A DNA stretch of 64,000 nucleotides, taken from assembly GCA_964491925.1 (NCBI GenBank), contig CAZBGZ010000002.1:49492-113491 (forward strand), read 5' to 3'. Made by a program: the position numbers and the translations under genes. The stretch is from an uncultured Candidatus Saccharibacteria bacterium (GTDB lineage: Bacteria > Patescibacteriota > Saccharimonadia > Saccharimonadales > JAGQNJ01). This document shows, one piece after another, positions 53,968 through 63,941 of the stretch (positions within the stretch are counted from its first letter, which is position 1; each line of letters opens with the position of its first letter). The notes under the pieces are model-generated. The model did no database searches, was not told the origin of the DNA, and was given only the letters and a program-made list of their open reading frames with translations.

Positions 53968-54534
53968 TTATTTTTGTTGTCGGGCTATTAATAATACTTC
54001 CACAAAATTTGCTACGGAAATATATACCGGAAATACTATCACCGAATAAGCCAAGCTACCACCTGCCGCTATACTAAACCAAGGGGCGACTACACCGCCC
54101 CAGAAAAACAACTGAGTTTCACTTTTTGGTTCACGCCAAGTCTTTTCAAGTGTAGGCCAAAAAGCTATTGTGTCAGCCAGTATCGACAGGTGCAGCGCCA
54201 ACAGAGCGCTACCTGTTTGCCACCATGCAACAAGACTCAACACCAACAACACATAGCAAAGCAGATCATTTTTTGATAAACCACCAACCCCATGCTTCAT
54301 GGCCAAACCAAAAAGCATAACTGATGACACTATCTCCCCTATAGTTAACGCCATTGTTAAGCCAGAGCCCAAACTGTGCTGCTGCGCTAGTGTAACGATT
54401 ATTAGCAACAAAAGCATCGTCCTTGCCGCCCTTGCTGGTTTTGCCCTACCTTTTACTATGTCAATCATATATGGGATGGTTACGGCAATTATTATCAAGA
54501 ATGAAACTATTGCTAGAATATTTTGCATAAGCAT
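53968..54534 (-). CDS. integral membrane protein (about 6 TM), unknown function
   Basis: 188 aa; strongly hydrophobic. The N-terminal IPYMIDIVKGRAKP is vaguely PQ-loop-like. Confidence 0.55.
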   Translation of the reverse strand: MLMQNILAIVSFLIIIAVTIPYMIDIVKGRAKPARAARTMLLLLIIVTLAQQHSLGSGLTMALTIGEIVSSVMLFGLAMKHGVGGLSKNDLLCYVLLVLSLVAWWQTGSALLALHLSILADTIAFWPTLEKTWREPKSETQLFFWGGVVAPWFSIAAGGSLAYSVIVFPVYISVANFVEVLLIARQQK

Positions 54535-54543
54535 TTTCCCTAA

Positions 54544-54897
54544 CTATACCTTATCAGTCTTAAAAGCAGCCCACCCAGTCGCCCTATATGGGGTCACCCA
54601 TACATTAAAACTACCTGGCTTTTTTATTAATTTGACGATTTCTTCACTTATTTGACTAGCGATTCCCTTAAAATGGATTGTAGCTTCTTCAACAGAGCAG
54701 TCAGCGCCCTCAGGATTTTTGGGCCAATTGATTTCAGCGATTTCTACATGCAGTTCGGTGTGCGCATCAGACGAAGACCCACCATGATTAACTTCCAAAG
54801 TTCGAATGGTTACATCTCCTGGCTGTGGTTTTTTTCTACCATATACAGCCTCAGACGTTACTTTCTCAGCTGCTGCGCGCCAAGTTTTTATCTGCAC
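54544..54897 (-). CDS. hypothetical protein; start codon uncertain
   Basis: 117 aa from GTG 54897. A strong AAGGAG lies about 50 nt upstream and is in frame only with non-canonical ATA/ATT codons. Confidence 0.45.
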   Translation of the reverse strand: MQIKTWRAAAEKVTSEAVYGRKKPQPGDVTIRTLEVNHGGSSSDAHTELHVEIAEINWPKNPEGADCSVEEATIHFKGIASQISEEIVKLIKKPGSFNVWVTPYRATGWAAFKTDKV

Positions 54898-54996
54898 TGG
54901 CGTTTTATCCGTAAAGTGCGTAATTGTTACTTGTGCTATCGCCTAACTCCTTGATTAACACTTGTATTATCTCTAGCTTTGCCAAAAAATACAAAA

Positions 54997-55020
54997 AGTT
55001 GTCCATTTTTTCGGACAACT
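54997..55020. promoter_or_regulatory. candidate operator: perfect 8-bp inverted repeat abutting the trmB-like promoter
   Basis: AGTTGTCC-N8-GGACAACT, immediately 5' of TGATATAAT (55022-55030). Confidence 0.4.
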
Positions 55021-55021
55021 A

Positions 55022-55030
55022 TGATATAAT
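55022..55030 (+). promoter_or_regulatory. extended -10 element, leaderless-type spacing
   Basis: TGATATAAT; 6 nt to GTG at 55037. Confidence 0.5.
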
Positions 55031-55036
55031 GGGGTA

Positions 55037-55816
55037 GTGAAACAGATTGAAACCATCAAGAAGTACCTGCAGAAACTCGATATAGAACCCGAGACCACTG
55101 ATGTTTATATAGAGTTAATAAAACTAGGTCCTTCCTCTGCCCTACAGCTCGCAAAATCGACCAAAATCACTCGTACACAAATATACCGCCATTTAGAGCA
55201 TTTACAGTCCCTAGGGCTAGCTAGTGCTGAAAAGTTGAGCTATGGGACATTATTTCGTGCTCTGCCTCTAGAAAACCTCGAGGGGCCTATCGCTAATAAG
55301 GAGGCTGAAAATGCTGCTATTCGTCGTAATCTAGGTAATATGGGCGATATTCTAGCCTCTATTAGCGGTACAGGTGGGCCCAAGGCAACCATTCAGCACT
55401 ATTACGGCCAGGGTGGTTTAAAACAGGTCAACTGGAACCTTACCAAGGCTGAAAAAGAGTTCAAAGTTTTCGAGGTAGCTCACCTGTCCCACCACCTAGA
55501 CGTTGCCTTCGCACGACGCTGCCGCGAACGTTATATGGAGAAAGGACTGACTAGCTATGACTTGACCAATGCCACCACAGTCCTAGCGAAAGATCTAGAG
55601 CCTTTTAACCCATCAAAATCATTTTCGCGACACGTTGACCCCAAGGTTTTGACCATCAACTTTGAAATGTACATGTATAACGACGTCGTGACTTTGGTAG
55701 ATTACAGCAAAGACCAGCCAATGGCACTAGAAATCCACCATCCGGCGCTCAAAATGATGATGGAGCAACTCTTTGACTCCATCTGGACCACCGCAACTCC
55801 CCTAAAAATCCAATAG
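55037..55816 (+). CDS. TrmB-family transcriptional regulator
   Basis: 259 aa; N-terminal winged HTH DVYIELIKLGPSSALQLAKSTKITRTQIYRHLEHLQSLGL plus a C-terminal effector-like domain. Confidence 0.68.
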   Translation: MKQIETIKKYLQKLDIEPETTDVYIELIKLGPSSALQLAKSTKITRTQIYRHLEHLQSLGLASAEKLSYGTLFRALPLENLEGPIANKEAENAAIRRNLGNMGDILASISGTGGPKATIQHYYGQGGLKQVNWNLTKAEKEFKVFEVAHLSHHLDVAFARRCRERYMEKGLTSYDLTNATTVLAKDLEPFNPSKSFSRHVDPKVLTINFEMYMYNDVVTLVDYSKDQPMALEIHHPALKMMMEQLFDSIWTTATPLKIQ

Positions 55817-55824
55817 TACTGTTT

Positions 55825-56763
55825 TTAGTTTTTAATGATATATCGATCGTCTTTTCCGGCAAGAATATTCAACATCGAGTCTGTTATCGTATCGCTCATG
55901 AGCTTCGCACCCGCTTCGGTAATTGTGTTTGAAGTTTTGTTAGAATACCAGCGACTAAAGGGGAGTTTTTCAAATTCAGGGAGCGACATTGGATAGTCAG
56001 AAATTACCCTTATTCTGCCCTCCTTCAGCGTTTTCAATAGCGCCTCTTCATCAATAACTCCTGGGTGTGTTGTATTTATCAATAAGGAATCGTCTTTCAT
56101 CATTCGCAGATTTTCTATATTGAATAGATTTTTTGCATCATCTGAAACACACAGGAACACAATGTTGCTTTGTTCTAAAAGCTTTGCCATTTCTAGATAT
56201 TGAACACCCAGCAAACCCTCCTTATCCTCATGGCGTCTTCGACTGTAATAACTCACGCTAGCTGGCCTGAAAGGTTTTAGCATTTCAGTAATAGCAGAAC
56301 CAATCCTACCTAGTCCAATAATACCTACATTCTGTCCCTCAATTCCTTTTGTGATAGCAAACTTTTTTGCCCCCATCCGCCCAAGCTCCAAGAACTCCCT
56401 ATTCATCATAAGACAAGCCGCAATCGCCCATTCAGAAACTTCATGCGTGGGGCCATCGGGCGCGTAAGTTATGGTAATACCGTTTTCAATAGCATGTGAC
56501 CAACCTGGTATAAAGTGTTGATAGCCTACGGCTGCTACTGATATTACTTGGAGCTTATCGGCAGCATCAATAACTTTATCAGTTATTCGCTCAATACCGC
56601 CCTGTAAATAGCCGATCTTTCCTCTAACTAATTCGCAAAGTTCATCTTCAGTTGAATCTGGCTTCTCGCATCTAACAATTGCATAACCTGCAGCCTCGAG
56701 CTTCTTAACATGCTCGTCGTAGATAAACAAAGTGTCAGTAACTAAAATTGTGCCCTTAATCAT
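55825..56763 (-). CDS. D-isomer-specific 2-hydroxyacid dehydrogenase family
   Basis: 312 aa; NAD-binding VGIIGLGRIGSAI. Confidence 0.8.
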   Translation of the reverse strand: MIKGTILVTDTLFIYDEHVKKLEAAGYAIVRCEKPDSTEDELCELVRGKIGYLQGGIERITDKVIDAADKLQVISVAAVGYQHFIPGWSHAIENGITITYAPDGPTHEVSEWAIAACLMMNREFLELGRMGAKKFAITKGIEGQNVGIIGLGRIGSAITEMLKPFRPASVSYYSRRRHEDKEGLLGVQYLEMAKLLEQSNIVFLCVSDDAKNLFNIENLRMMKDDSLLINTTHPGVIDEEALLKTLKEGRIRVISDYPMSLPEFEKLPFSRWYSNKTSNTITEAGAKLMSDTITDSMLNILAGKDDRYIIKN

Positions 56764-56904
56764 TCTTGGCTAATAATATCACTAAAGAAACACTAAATCT
56801 AAGTCTTTGCAGCCAAATGATGCGACAGATGTTTGAACACTATTGGGAAATAGCGAAATAGCCGGTTTTATACGGCTATTTTCGCGCACTTGGCTATCTA
56901 TAAA

Positions 56905-57276
56905 TTAGTCGCCAGGATTATAGTCTGAAAGCAGAGCATTCCAAGTCTGCGGACCAACAATTCCATCAACAGTTATGCTTTTTAGAGTTTGGAATTTCTT
57001 TACAGCTTTTTTAGTCTGCTGACCAAAAACACCATTAACAACTAGTCGTGGTTCAACGTGATAAACATTATTTAGTTTTCTCTGCAAAATACTAACACAA
57101 GGGTGTGTTGAGTTGGTTGTCATGCTTAGCATTGGCTGTCTACTCAAACATAAAGAATAGTTCCATGATACTGGTTTTGCCTTAGCAGATGCTGCTGGTG
57201 CCATTACTGCCCCAACGCTTGCTACTGATACTGCCACCATTACAAATGCACTGACTTTTTGAATTATTTTATTCAT
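56905..57276 (-). CDS. secreted peptidoglycan-binding-domain protein
   Basis: 123 aa; signal peptide ending ASA-K; LQRKLN...VNGVFGQQTKKAVKKFQ...VDGIVGPQTWNAL = PG_binding_1 pattern. AAGAGGAG SD 5 nt upstream. Confidence 0.75.
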   Translation of the reverse strand: MNKIIQKVSAFVMVAVSVASVGAVMAPAASAKAKPVSWNYSLCLSRQPMLSMTTNSTHPCVSILQRKLNNVYHVEPRLVVNGVFGQQTKKAVKKFQTLKSITVDGIVGPQTWNALLSDYNPGD

Positions 57277-57363
57277 AAAACTCCTCTTAAATAATTTCTT
57301 ATTGTTAGATTATACTATATTTAATGATTAATTACAATACCTAAAATATTTAGTTTTATAAGT

Positions 57364-60300
57364 CTAAATTTTAGATTTTTTTCGAGTTAGGTGTTTCCGC
57401 AAATTTGGAACGAGTTCTTGGAAGAAAATATATAGAATCGGCGTAACAAACAGTGATAAAATTCCAGAAACCAATAGTCCGCAAATTATAACTACCGATA
57501 ACGAACGATAGAATTCTGACAATACAGCAAGTGGCGCTAATGAAGCCAGAGCCATGACCTTTGTCAGCATAATGGGCCTGAATCGTACACCAGTGGCGTA
57601 GGCTATGGCATCTTTTGCTGGCATACCCTCTTTTTCTTTACGATTGGCCGCGTCTATCAGGAATATTGCCACGTTTTCTACCAGGCCCACTAGAATAATC
57701 ACACCGATTATCTCCAGGAAGCCCATCTGTCCCCCGCCCAAGTACGCGAGGCCAGGGAATATCCCTAGGAATGTCAACGGAATGGCGAATAGTATCACCA
57801 GTGGCATGCTGATGCTGTCAAAGAATATAACTAACAGAACATAGGTCAGTACGATAGCCAGTACGAGCGCCACGCCCAACTCCTGGAACGACTTATTGAT
57901 ACTGGCAACATCACCCTCAGAATACCCTTCTACCGTTAAACCATCGTTATATTTCTGCAGGTAGTTTTTGTTAAACTCATCAATCGCTAGCTTTTGAATG
58001 AGCGCCGCGTTTTGCTGGTCAGAATAGTCTTCTTTTAGCTTTGCGTTAACTACACCGATGGCTTCGCCTTCAACTTGGCGAATAGACCCAGGACTTTCTA
58101 CCTCTGCGACCGTAGCAATTTGGCCCAGACTTACTGGTTGGCCAGTCAAGGTCATCACATTTACAGATTTTATATCAGAAACTGTGTTAGGTTTGTGATT
58201 ATCGCTAGACAAGATAATTGGGATTTGCTGGTTATCAATATTTAACTTGGCTACCTGGTCCCCGTTATTCAACTGATACAGGCCAGCTAATTGCTCGCGG
58301 AGAGATATTGGGTTTACAGGATTTGTTTGCAGTTTTTTGCGGTCCAACCGCACGGAAATAAATTTGTTAGTTTGCGCTCCAGATCCGTTATCTACCTTTA
58401 TTACAGCTTTGTCCCCTGGCGAACAGTTAGGATCTATAGCGAATTTTCCATCCACGTCACATATTTGATTTAGGACTTTTGTGACCTCTAGGGCTACTTG
58501 CTTCTGCTTATCTAAATCTGCGGTTTTTATCCCGACACTAACTGGGAAGTTTGCGCTAGGTGGCCCTGCTGATGATGCGCCAATACTGATATCAAAATAT
58601 AATTTACTGGCATCTCCACTACTAACAGAATCACTAAAGTTTTTGGCTATTTTGTGAGCTGTCTGACCCGGGCGCTCGCTTGGATCGTTTAATCCAATAA
58701 AGTAGCTAACATTCCCAGCCCCCTGGCTATATATTGGGGCGACAAATCGTACATTTGGGTTTTTGATTACTTCGGCTAGTAGTTTTTTCGCACTTTCATC
58801 GGCCGAAGATGGAGAGGCTTGTGGCAATTTCGTAACGGACATTGTCAGCAACTTCCCCTCTTCAGGCTGTGCGAACTGAACAGTTTTTACCTTTCCGCTA
58901 CCCATGTAGTAGCCCGCCACAATAAATGGCACAACAACTGCAGATATAACAATGGCTAGTCTTATAAATACATTCAGGTCTAGTAGTTTTCGGTTAGTTC
59001 GAATCATCCAACGAGAGGCTCGCCACAGATTTTTCTCTTCGTCGTCAGATTTCCCCGGCTGTCTTTTGAGCATTACACTAGCCAACCAAGATAAAAATAC
59101 CAGAGGTACGATGTATGACCCAATTAGCGCTGGTATGATTGTCAGTGGTATGTAGGCAATAATGGCGCCAAACACCCCGGAGACAATTCCGAAAGGTATG
59201 AATACCAGGATAGATGTGACAACAGCAATAAACAGACCATATCCTATGTCATCTATGGCTGACAATACCGCTGCCCGACCTTTTTCGCCTTTATCAATGT
59301 ACCTTTGGATAACCTCTAAAACAACAATAGCCGGGTCGACGACCAAACCTATGACTAACACCAATGAGAACAACGTCAACGTGTTTAATTCGTTCCCCGT
59401 TGCCAGAAGTGTAATCGTAGAGAAAAAGAAACACAGTGGTATTGCAAGTGCTGCGATCACTGCAGCTCGCCAACTAACAAGTACCATCATAAATATAAAC
59501 ACCAACTGAATAGCACCAAAGGCAAACCCAATCCAACCAACGATTGGAATGCCCCACTTTTCTCCGGCCAACCCAGCGATAACTTCTTTTACTTGATCCT
59601 GATTATCCGTGTTGGTGTTATAAACCTCTACCAGTTTTAGGTTAGAAAATAATGCTTTCTGGTCTGCTGGCAGTTTTTTGAACTCTGCAGAGTTGGGATT
59701 AAAGTAGGTATCAATGACAGATTCGAGTTTTGTATTGTATGCGCTCAAGTCCGTCTTGTCATCAACATCAATGCCAAAAATAGCTGCCTTGTCAACAGAG
59801 CCTTTTTTGCCATCACGGTAGCCGACTACATCATCTGCTTGGTTTTTAAGGGCAAATTTGGTGTCGACAGAAGCTACATCAGACAGTTTCGCACTCTGAC
59901 CAGTTAGGCCGAGAATGGTCAACTGCCTGAGGTCATCCAGTGACTTCCCAGATAGTGAAAGAACTATGTTGTAGTTTTTCTCCCCGAATGTAGCATTCTC
60001 TGCAACTGGTATTTGTAATCCCCAGCTTTTTAGCTGATTTGTAACTATTTCCTGGCTGAGGCCGGCGTCGGCCATTTTCTGGGGATTCATTTTGACTACA
60101 ACTTGTTGTTTTAAATCCCCCGCCACGTTTACACTAATGACTTCCGGGTCTTGTTCTAGTCTTTTGTGCAATATATCCGTGGCCTCATATATAGATTCCA
60201 TGTCACTGCTACCCTTTTTGCTGACTAGTGCATATGAGTACTCGTCGTTGGATACTTTTGGAGATCCCACCTCTGGGGCTTGGCTGTTTTCTGGAAGACT

Positions 60301-60669
60301 GACCGATTTTACAGAAGAGTCAACTTTTGCTTTTACTGCTTCCGCATTTGCCGAATCATCTATTTGGACAACAACGCTAGAGAAGTTATCTAGACTCTGC
60401 GAGCTGTAAGATTTAACTCCGTCTATGCTTTTTATGCTGGCTTCTATCGGTTTTGTGACATCCTCTAGCACCGTGCCGGATGCTGCACCTGGGTATACTG
60501 TATTTACAGTAACAACTTTAATTTCCGGCGACGGGAAACCACTTGTGCGAAGAGCAAAAATAGATACGGCGCCAAAGGCAACCAAAGTAAATAGCGCAAC
60601 CAGCGTGATACGCGAGTGCTCTAAAAAATATTTCGCAATCCTTGTGTTTAAACTATGTCTCCTCGCCAT
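57364..60669 (-). CDS. RND-superfamily (AcrB-like) transporter permease
   Basis: 1101 aa; 12-TM topology with two large loops; N-terminal FLEHSRITLVALFTLVAFG...VYPGAS typical of the ACR_tran family. No adjacent adaptor or outer-membrane gene. Confidence 0.88.
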   Translation of the reverse strand: MARRHSLNTRIAKYFLEHSRITLVALFTLVAFGAVSIFALRTSGFPSPEIKVVTVNTVYPGAASGTVLEDVTKPIEASIKSIDGVKSYSSQSLDNFSSVVVQIDDSANAEAVKAKVDSSVKSVSLPENSQAPEVGSPKVSNDEYSYALVSKKGSSDMESIYEATDILHKRLEQDPEVISVNVAGDLKQQVVVKMNPQKMADAGLSQEIVTNQLKSWGLQIPVAENATFGEKNYNIVLSLSGKSLDDLRQLTILGLTGQSAKLSDVASVDTKFALKNQADDVVGYRDGKKGSVDKAAIFGIDVDDKTDLSAYNTKLESVIDTYFNPNSAEFKKLPADQKALFSNLKLVEVYNTNTDNQDQVKEVIAGLAGEKWGIPIVGWIGFAFGAIQLVFIFMMVLVSWRAAVIAALAIPLCFFFSTITLLATGNELNTLTLFSLVLVIGLVVDPAIVVLEVIQRYIDKGEKGRAAVLSAIDDIGYGLFIAVVTSILVFIPFGIVSGVFGAIIAYIPLTIIPALIGSYIVPLVFLSWLASVMLKRQPGKSDDEEKNLWRASRWMIRTNRKLLDLNVFIRLAIVISAVVVPFIVAGYYMGSGKVKTVQFAQPEEGKLLTMSVTKLPQASPSSADESAKKLLAEVIKNPNVRFVAPIYSQGAGNVSYFIGLNDPSERPGQTAHKIAKNFSDSVSSGDASKLYFDISIGASSAGPPSANFPVSVGIKTADLDKQKQVALEVTKVLNQICDVDGKFAIDPNCSPGDKAVIKVDNGSGAQTNKFISVRLDRKKLQTNPVNPISLREQLAGLYQLNNGDQVAKLNIDNQQIPIILSSDNHKPNTVSDIKSVNVMTLTGQPVSLGQIATVAEVESPGSIRQVEGEAIGVVNAKLKEDYSDQQNAALIQKLAIDEFNKNYLQKYNDGLTVEGYSEGDVASINKSFQELGVALVLAIVLTYVLLVIFFDSISMPLVILFAIPLTFLGIFPGLAYLGGGQMGFLEIIGVIILVGLVENVAIFLIDAANRKEKEGMPAKDAIAYATGVRFRPIMLTKVMALASLAPLAVLSEFYRSLSVVIICGLLVSGILSLFVTPILYIFFQELVPNLRKHLTRKKSKI

Positions 60670-60709
60670 TACTAGTAATTATATATGTATAGCTCGGAGA
60701 GTAAAATAT

Positions 60710-62083
60710 TTATTTTTCTTTTGCGACAACTTTGATTTGGGTTACATCGTGAAATCCATATTCACCGTGTATCCTACCAATACCGGATTGCTTATACCCA
60801 CCGAACGGGTTACACGCCCTTATGTAGCTAGCGTTGTTATGCGCGACCATCCCTGATTGAAGTGCAATTGCAACCCTGTCGAATCTGTCAGCATCATCAG
60901 TAAAAATATAAGAGCCCAAGCCGTACTCTGTGCTATTCGCTAATTCTATCGCTTCTCCTTCGGTCTTGAATGTCATCAGTGGTAATACGGGTCCAAAAAC
61001 TTCTTCTTTCCAAACCCTCATATGTTTATTAACATTCGTTAAAATCGTGGGCTTATAGAATGCCCCGTCTAGTTCCACAGGGGATCCACCACCTATTTCT
61101 GATATGGCGCCGTTTTGTAAAGCATCTTCTACTTGCTCTTGCAACAAAACCAGTTGACGTTTTGCTACTAGTGGGCCGAAATCAGTGGTTTCAGATAGCG
61201 GATTGCCAATTTTTTTATTTTCTACTAACTTATTTAGTTTTGAAATAAATTCTTTAGCTTTAGACTCATGAATAATTGCTCTTTTAAGGGCGTCGCACAT
61301 CTGCCCGCAGTTAGTAAATCTACAAACATATATGGTTTCAAGCACAGCGTCAATGTTAGCATCTTCAAAAATAATACCAGGTGCCGAGCCGCCTAGTTCT
61401 GCAGTATACGGAATGAGTTTTTCTGCAGCTACTTTTGCCAGATGCTTACCTGTTTTTGTGCTACCTGTAAAAGCGATCATATCTACATCTGCATGTGCTA
61501 AGGCGTCACCGACCGCACCGTCACCATAAACTAAGTTAAAAACTCCGCTCGGTATATCTGATTCTGTGACCATTTCTTCAAGAAGCTTTGCAAATAGTTG
61601 CACTTCTTCGGAGTGCTTCATTACCACCGTATTGCCGGCAATTAGCGCCTGCGCACAACCCCAAACAAAGTTTGAAAGTGGAAAATTCCATGGCACAATT
61701 GCCGCCACAACTCCAACGGGCTCTCGGTAGACCGTGTGCACTTCTCTATCGTCTTCAAAAGTTATTTTTGGGGCTAAACACTTTTCCGCAATATCACAAT
61801 ATAGATTTATAAAGTCTATACTCTCAGTTTGAGTGCTTTCTCTTGCTAGGCCTACGGGCATGCCCATTTCCTGTGCAGTTAGCTTGGCGATTTCTTCAGC
61901 ACGTTTTTCAAACACCGGAATTAGCGAACGCACTTTTTTGGACCGCTCAGTTACTGGCATCTCAGACCAGCCCTTAAAAGCAGCCCTAGCCTTTTTAACT
62001 ACAAGCGTCACTTCTTCGGGTGACGAAGATTCGACTTCGCCGATAATTTCGTAATTGAATGGATTTATAGACTTAATCTTCAT
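60710..62083 (-). CDS. NAD(P)-dependent aldehyde dehydrogenase
   Basis: 457 aa; FTGSTKTG, ELGGSAP, catalytic FTNCGQMC, EEVFGPV motifs. Confidence 0.9.
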   Translation of the reverse strand: MKIKSINPFNYEIIGEVESSSPEEVTLVVKKARAAFKGWSEMPVTERSKKVRSLIPVFEKRAEEIAKLTAQEMGMPVGLARESTQTESIDFINLYCDIAEKCLAPKITFEDDREVHTVYREPVGVVAAIVPWNFPLSNFVWGCAQALIAGNTVVMKHSEEVQLFAKLLEEMVTESDIPSGVFNLVYGDGAVGDALAHADVDMIAFTGSTKTGKHLAKVAAEKLIPYTAELGGSAPGIIFEDANIDAVLETIYVCRFTNCGQMCDALKRAIIHESKAKEFISKLNKLVENKKIGNPLSETTDFGPLVAKRQLVLLQEQVEDALQNGAISEIGGGSPVELDGAFYKPTILTNVNKHMRVWKEEVFGPVLPLMTFKTEGEAIELANSTEYGLGSYIFTDDADRFDRVAIALQSGMVAHNNASYIRACNPFGGYKQSGIGRIHGEYGFHDVTQIKVVAKEK

Positions 62084-62166
62084 GCCTTTATTGTATCAGT
62101 ATTTAGAATTATAGGTTTTACGTCAATTAGATCTGTAAGCTACTAATAATCCACGTGCAATCGTAC

Positions 62167-62580
62167 CTAGGAAATTTTTGCTAAGATGTAGCGGTAAATC
62201 GTCTGACAGAATAGGCTAACAATAAGACAAAAACTTGCAATCACTACCCCATCCACAACTAGTCTTTTTTCATTTTTCCGTACTCGAAGAAATTTCATCA
62301 TAAGCAAGGATATTAGAATTGCCAGTCCGGACATAATCACCGCGCAAGTGGTTAGTCTATCAAGTTCAGTTGTAACACCATTAAATAAATCTTGTTGATT
62401 GAATTTTTCTACAACGCTACTAAAGACTCCGTAGCTAACTGTATGGCTAATGGATACCAAAGTAGCCCACAAAATAACCGTCGATCCTGCAGCAACCAAC
62501 AGGCTAATACGTTGCACAACACGTGCAATATAATACGTCGTATCAGTAGATTTGAAATTTATGTTTTTATTTTTTGACAT
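62167..62580 (-). CDS. hypothetical membrane protein
   Basis: 137 aa with 3-4 hydrophobic segments. Confidence 0.45.
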   Translation of the reverse strand: MSKNKNINFKSTDTTYYIARVVQRISLLVAAGSTVILWATLVSISHTVSYGVFSSVVEKFNQQDLFNGVTTELDRLTTCAVIMSGLAILISLLMMKFLRVRKNEKRLVVDGVVIASFCLIVSLFCQTIYRYILAKIS

Positions 62581-62647
62581 TATTTTTTTCCTTTTTGTTG
62601 GTTTTTTAACGAACAGTCATGTATGTATTATATCACCCTTTAAAATT

Positions 62648-63868
62648 TCAATTTTTAGCGACAATCTGCGCCGGTTTAGAAATATACCTGATTAGTGATG
62701 GGATGGCCACGATTATGAATATTGCTAGGAGTGCCCTCTGAACAAAAATAATCCCTCTACTTTGCAAGCCCATACCTATCAGGATGCTGGCTCCTGCCAA
62801 AATCAAGTTTCCTACAAAACTATACGAGCTCATCGCAGTTGCTCTCCATTTATTTTCAATATGATCGTGGATAATTGGTCGCACAAAATTATCCATAACA
62901 GACGAAATTAGATTAAAGCCCAAAAAAGCTACCAAAAATATGCCCTTTATATCTATGGAATAGAGGCCGAAAACAGAGATTGTCATTATGCATAGATATA
63001 TAAGTTTTTGCTTATCAGTTTTCACTTTTTTTAGCACAATCAGGTTGAGTATTATCAGAGTTAACGCCTTTGCCATAGACAACGTCAATCCCCTTCCCGC
63101 CGGCGAAATATTGTAATGTATCATAGCCGCTTCGTTCAGGTTTTCTATGGACATCCAGGCAATTACGCTGAGCGTGCAACCATAGACTATTAATGGCCTG
63201 ATTCTTTTAATACTAAACAGATGTAAAAATCCTTGTTTGTTTGTTTTTATATACTTCTTAAATCTATGTGTCTTCGTGTTTGAAATTTTTTTGGACTCTT
63301 CGGTCGGAGTATCCAGTGACCGGATTTGCATTATTACTATTGCTCCACAAAGAAATGACAAGCTCTGTACAACGAATGGCAATAGATGGTTGAATGAGTA
63401 CATTAATCCTCCCAGGGCAGTTGATGCTATCAGGCCTGCCTGCCAAAAAAATGTTTCCTGGATTATTATCTTTCTATACAAGACCTTATCCATTCCTGGC
63501 AACTCATAAAGATGCGATTCTAAACTGCCGCTAATAAATGCACTCCCCAGTCCGCCTACTACGGCAGCTAGAATATATGCGGTAAAATTCCCACCCAAAT
63601 ATACTATCCCTGGCACTAACATACCGCACAAAGCGCCAATGACCGCGCTTCGTTTACGTCCAAAGTTGTCAGCGAAAGCACCAGTAGGGATCTCTGCTAG
63701 TAGTCCTATTAAATAGCCTACGGCAAGGTAGATTCCGAACTGGGATATTGTGATGCGTTCAGTAGCAAAGCCGAACCAAAATGGCCAAGTATAAAACCCA
63801 GCGAGTAGAAACTGGCTAATTAGAAAAAGTTTTGCACTGTGCGGAAAACCATTAAATTCTTTGATCAT
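62648..63868 (-). CDS. MFS transporter
   Basis: 406 aa; about 12 TM; GAFADNFGRKR (MFS motif A-like) after TM2. Confidence 0.8.
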   Translation of the reverse strand: MIKEFNGFPHSAKLFLISQFLLAGFYTWPFWFGFATERITISQFGIYLAVGYLIGLLAEIPTGAFADNFGRKRSAVIGALCGMLVPGIVYLGGNFTAYILAAVVGGLGSAFISGSLESHLYELPGMDKVLYRKIIIQETFFWQAGLIASTALGGLMYSFNHLLPFVVQSLSFLCGAIVIMQIRSLDTPTEESKKISNTKTHRFKKYIKTNKQGFLHLFSIKRIRPLIVYGCTLSVIAWMSIENLNEAAMIHYNISPAGRGLTLSMAKALTLIILNLIVLKKVKTDKQKLIYLCIMTISVFGLYSIDIKGIFLVAFLGFNLISSVMDNFVRPIIHDHIENKWRATAMSSYSFVGNLILAGASILIGMGLQSRGIIFVQRALLAIFIIVAIPSLIRYISKPAQIVAKN

Positions 63869-63877
63869 TTATCACTA

Positions 63878-63886
63878 ATTGTAGCA
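63878..63886 (-). promoter_or_regulatory. extended -10 element, leaderless-type spacing
   Basis: Minus strand TGCTACAAT; 9 nt to ATG at 63868. Confidence 0.5.
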
Positions 63887-63941
63887 TCGTGCTTTACTAG
63901 CACAGTAACATAATATTTCTATATCATTATAATTATTGCAA

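Noticed and set aside
60425-60856. 143-aa + strand ORF spanning the RND start and the ALDH end
   Set aside because: It overlaps two well-supported minus-strand genes and the promoter-like intergenic region, so it is most likely spurious.
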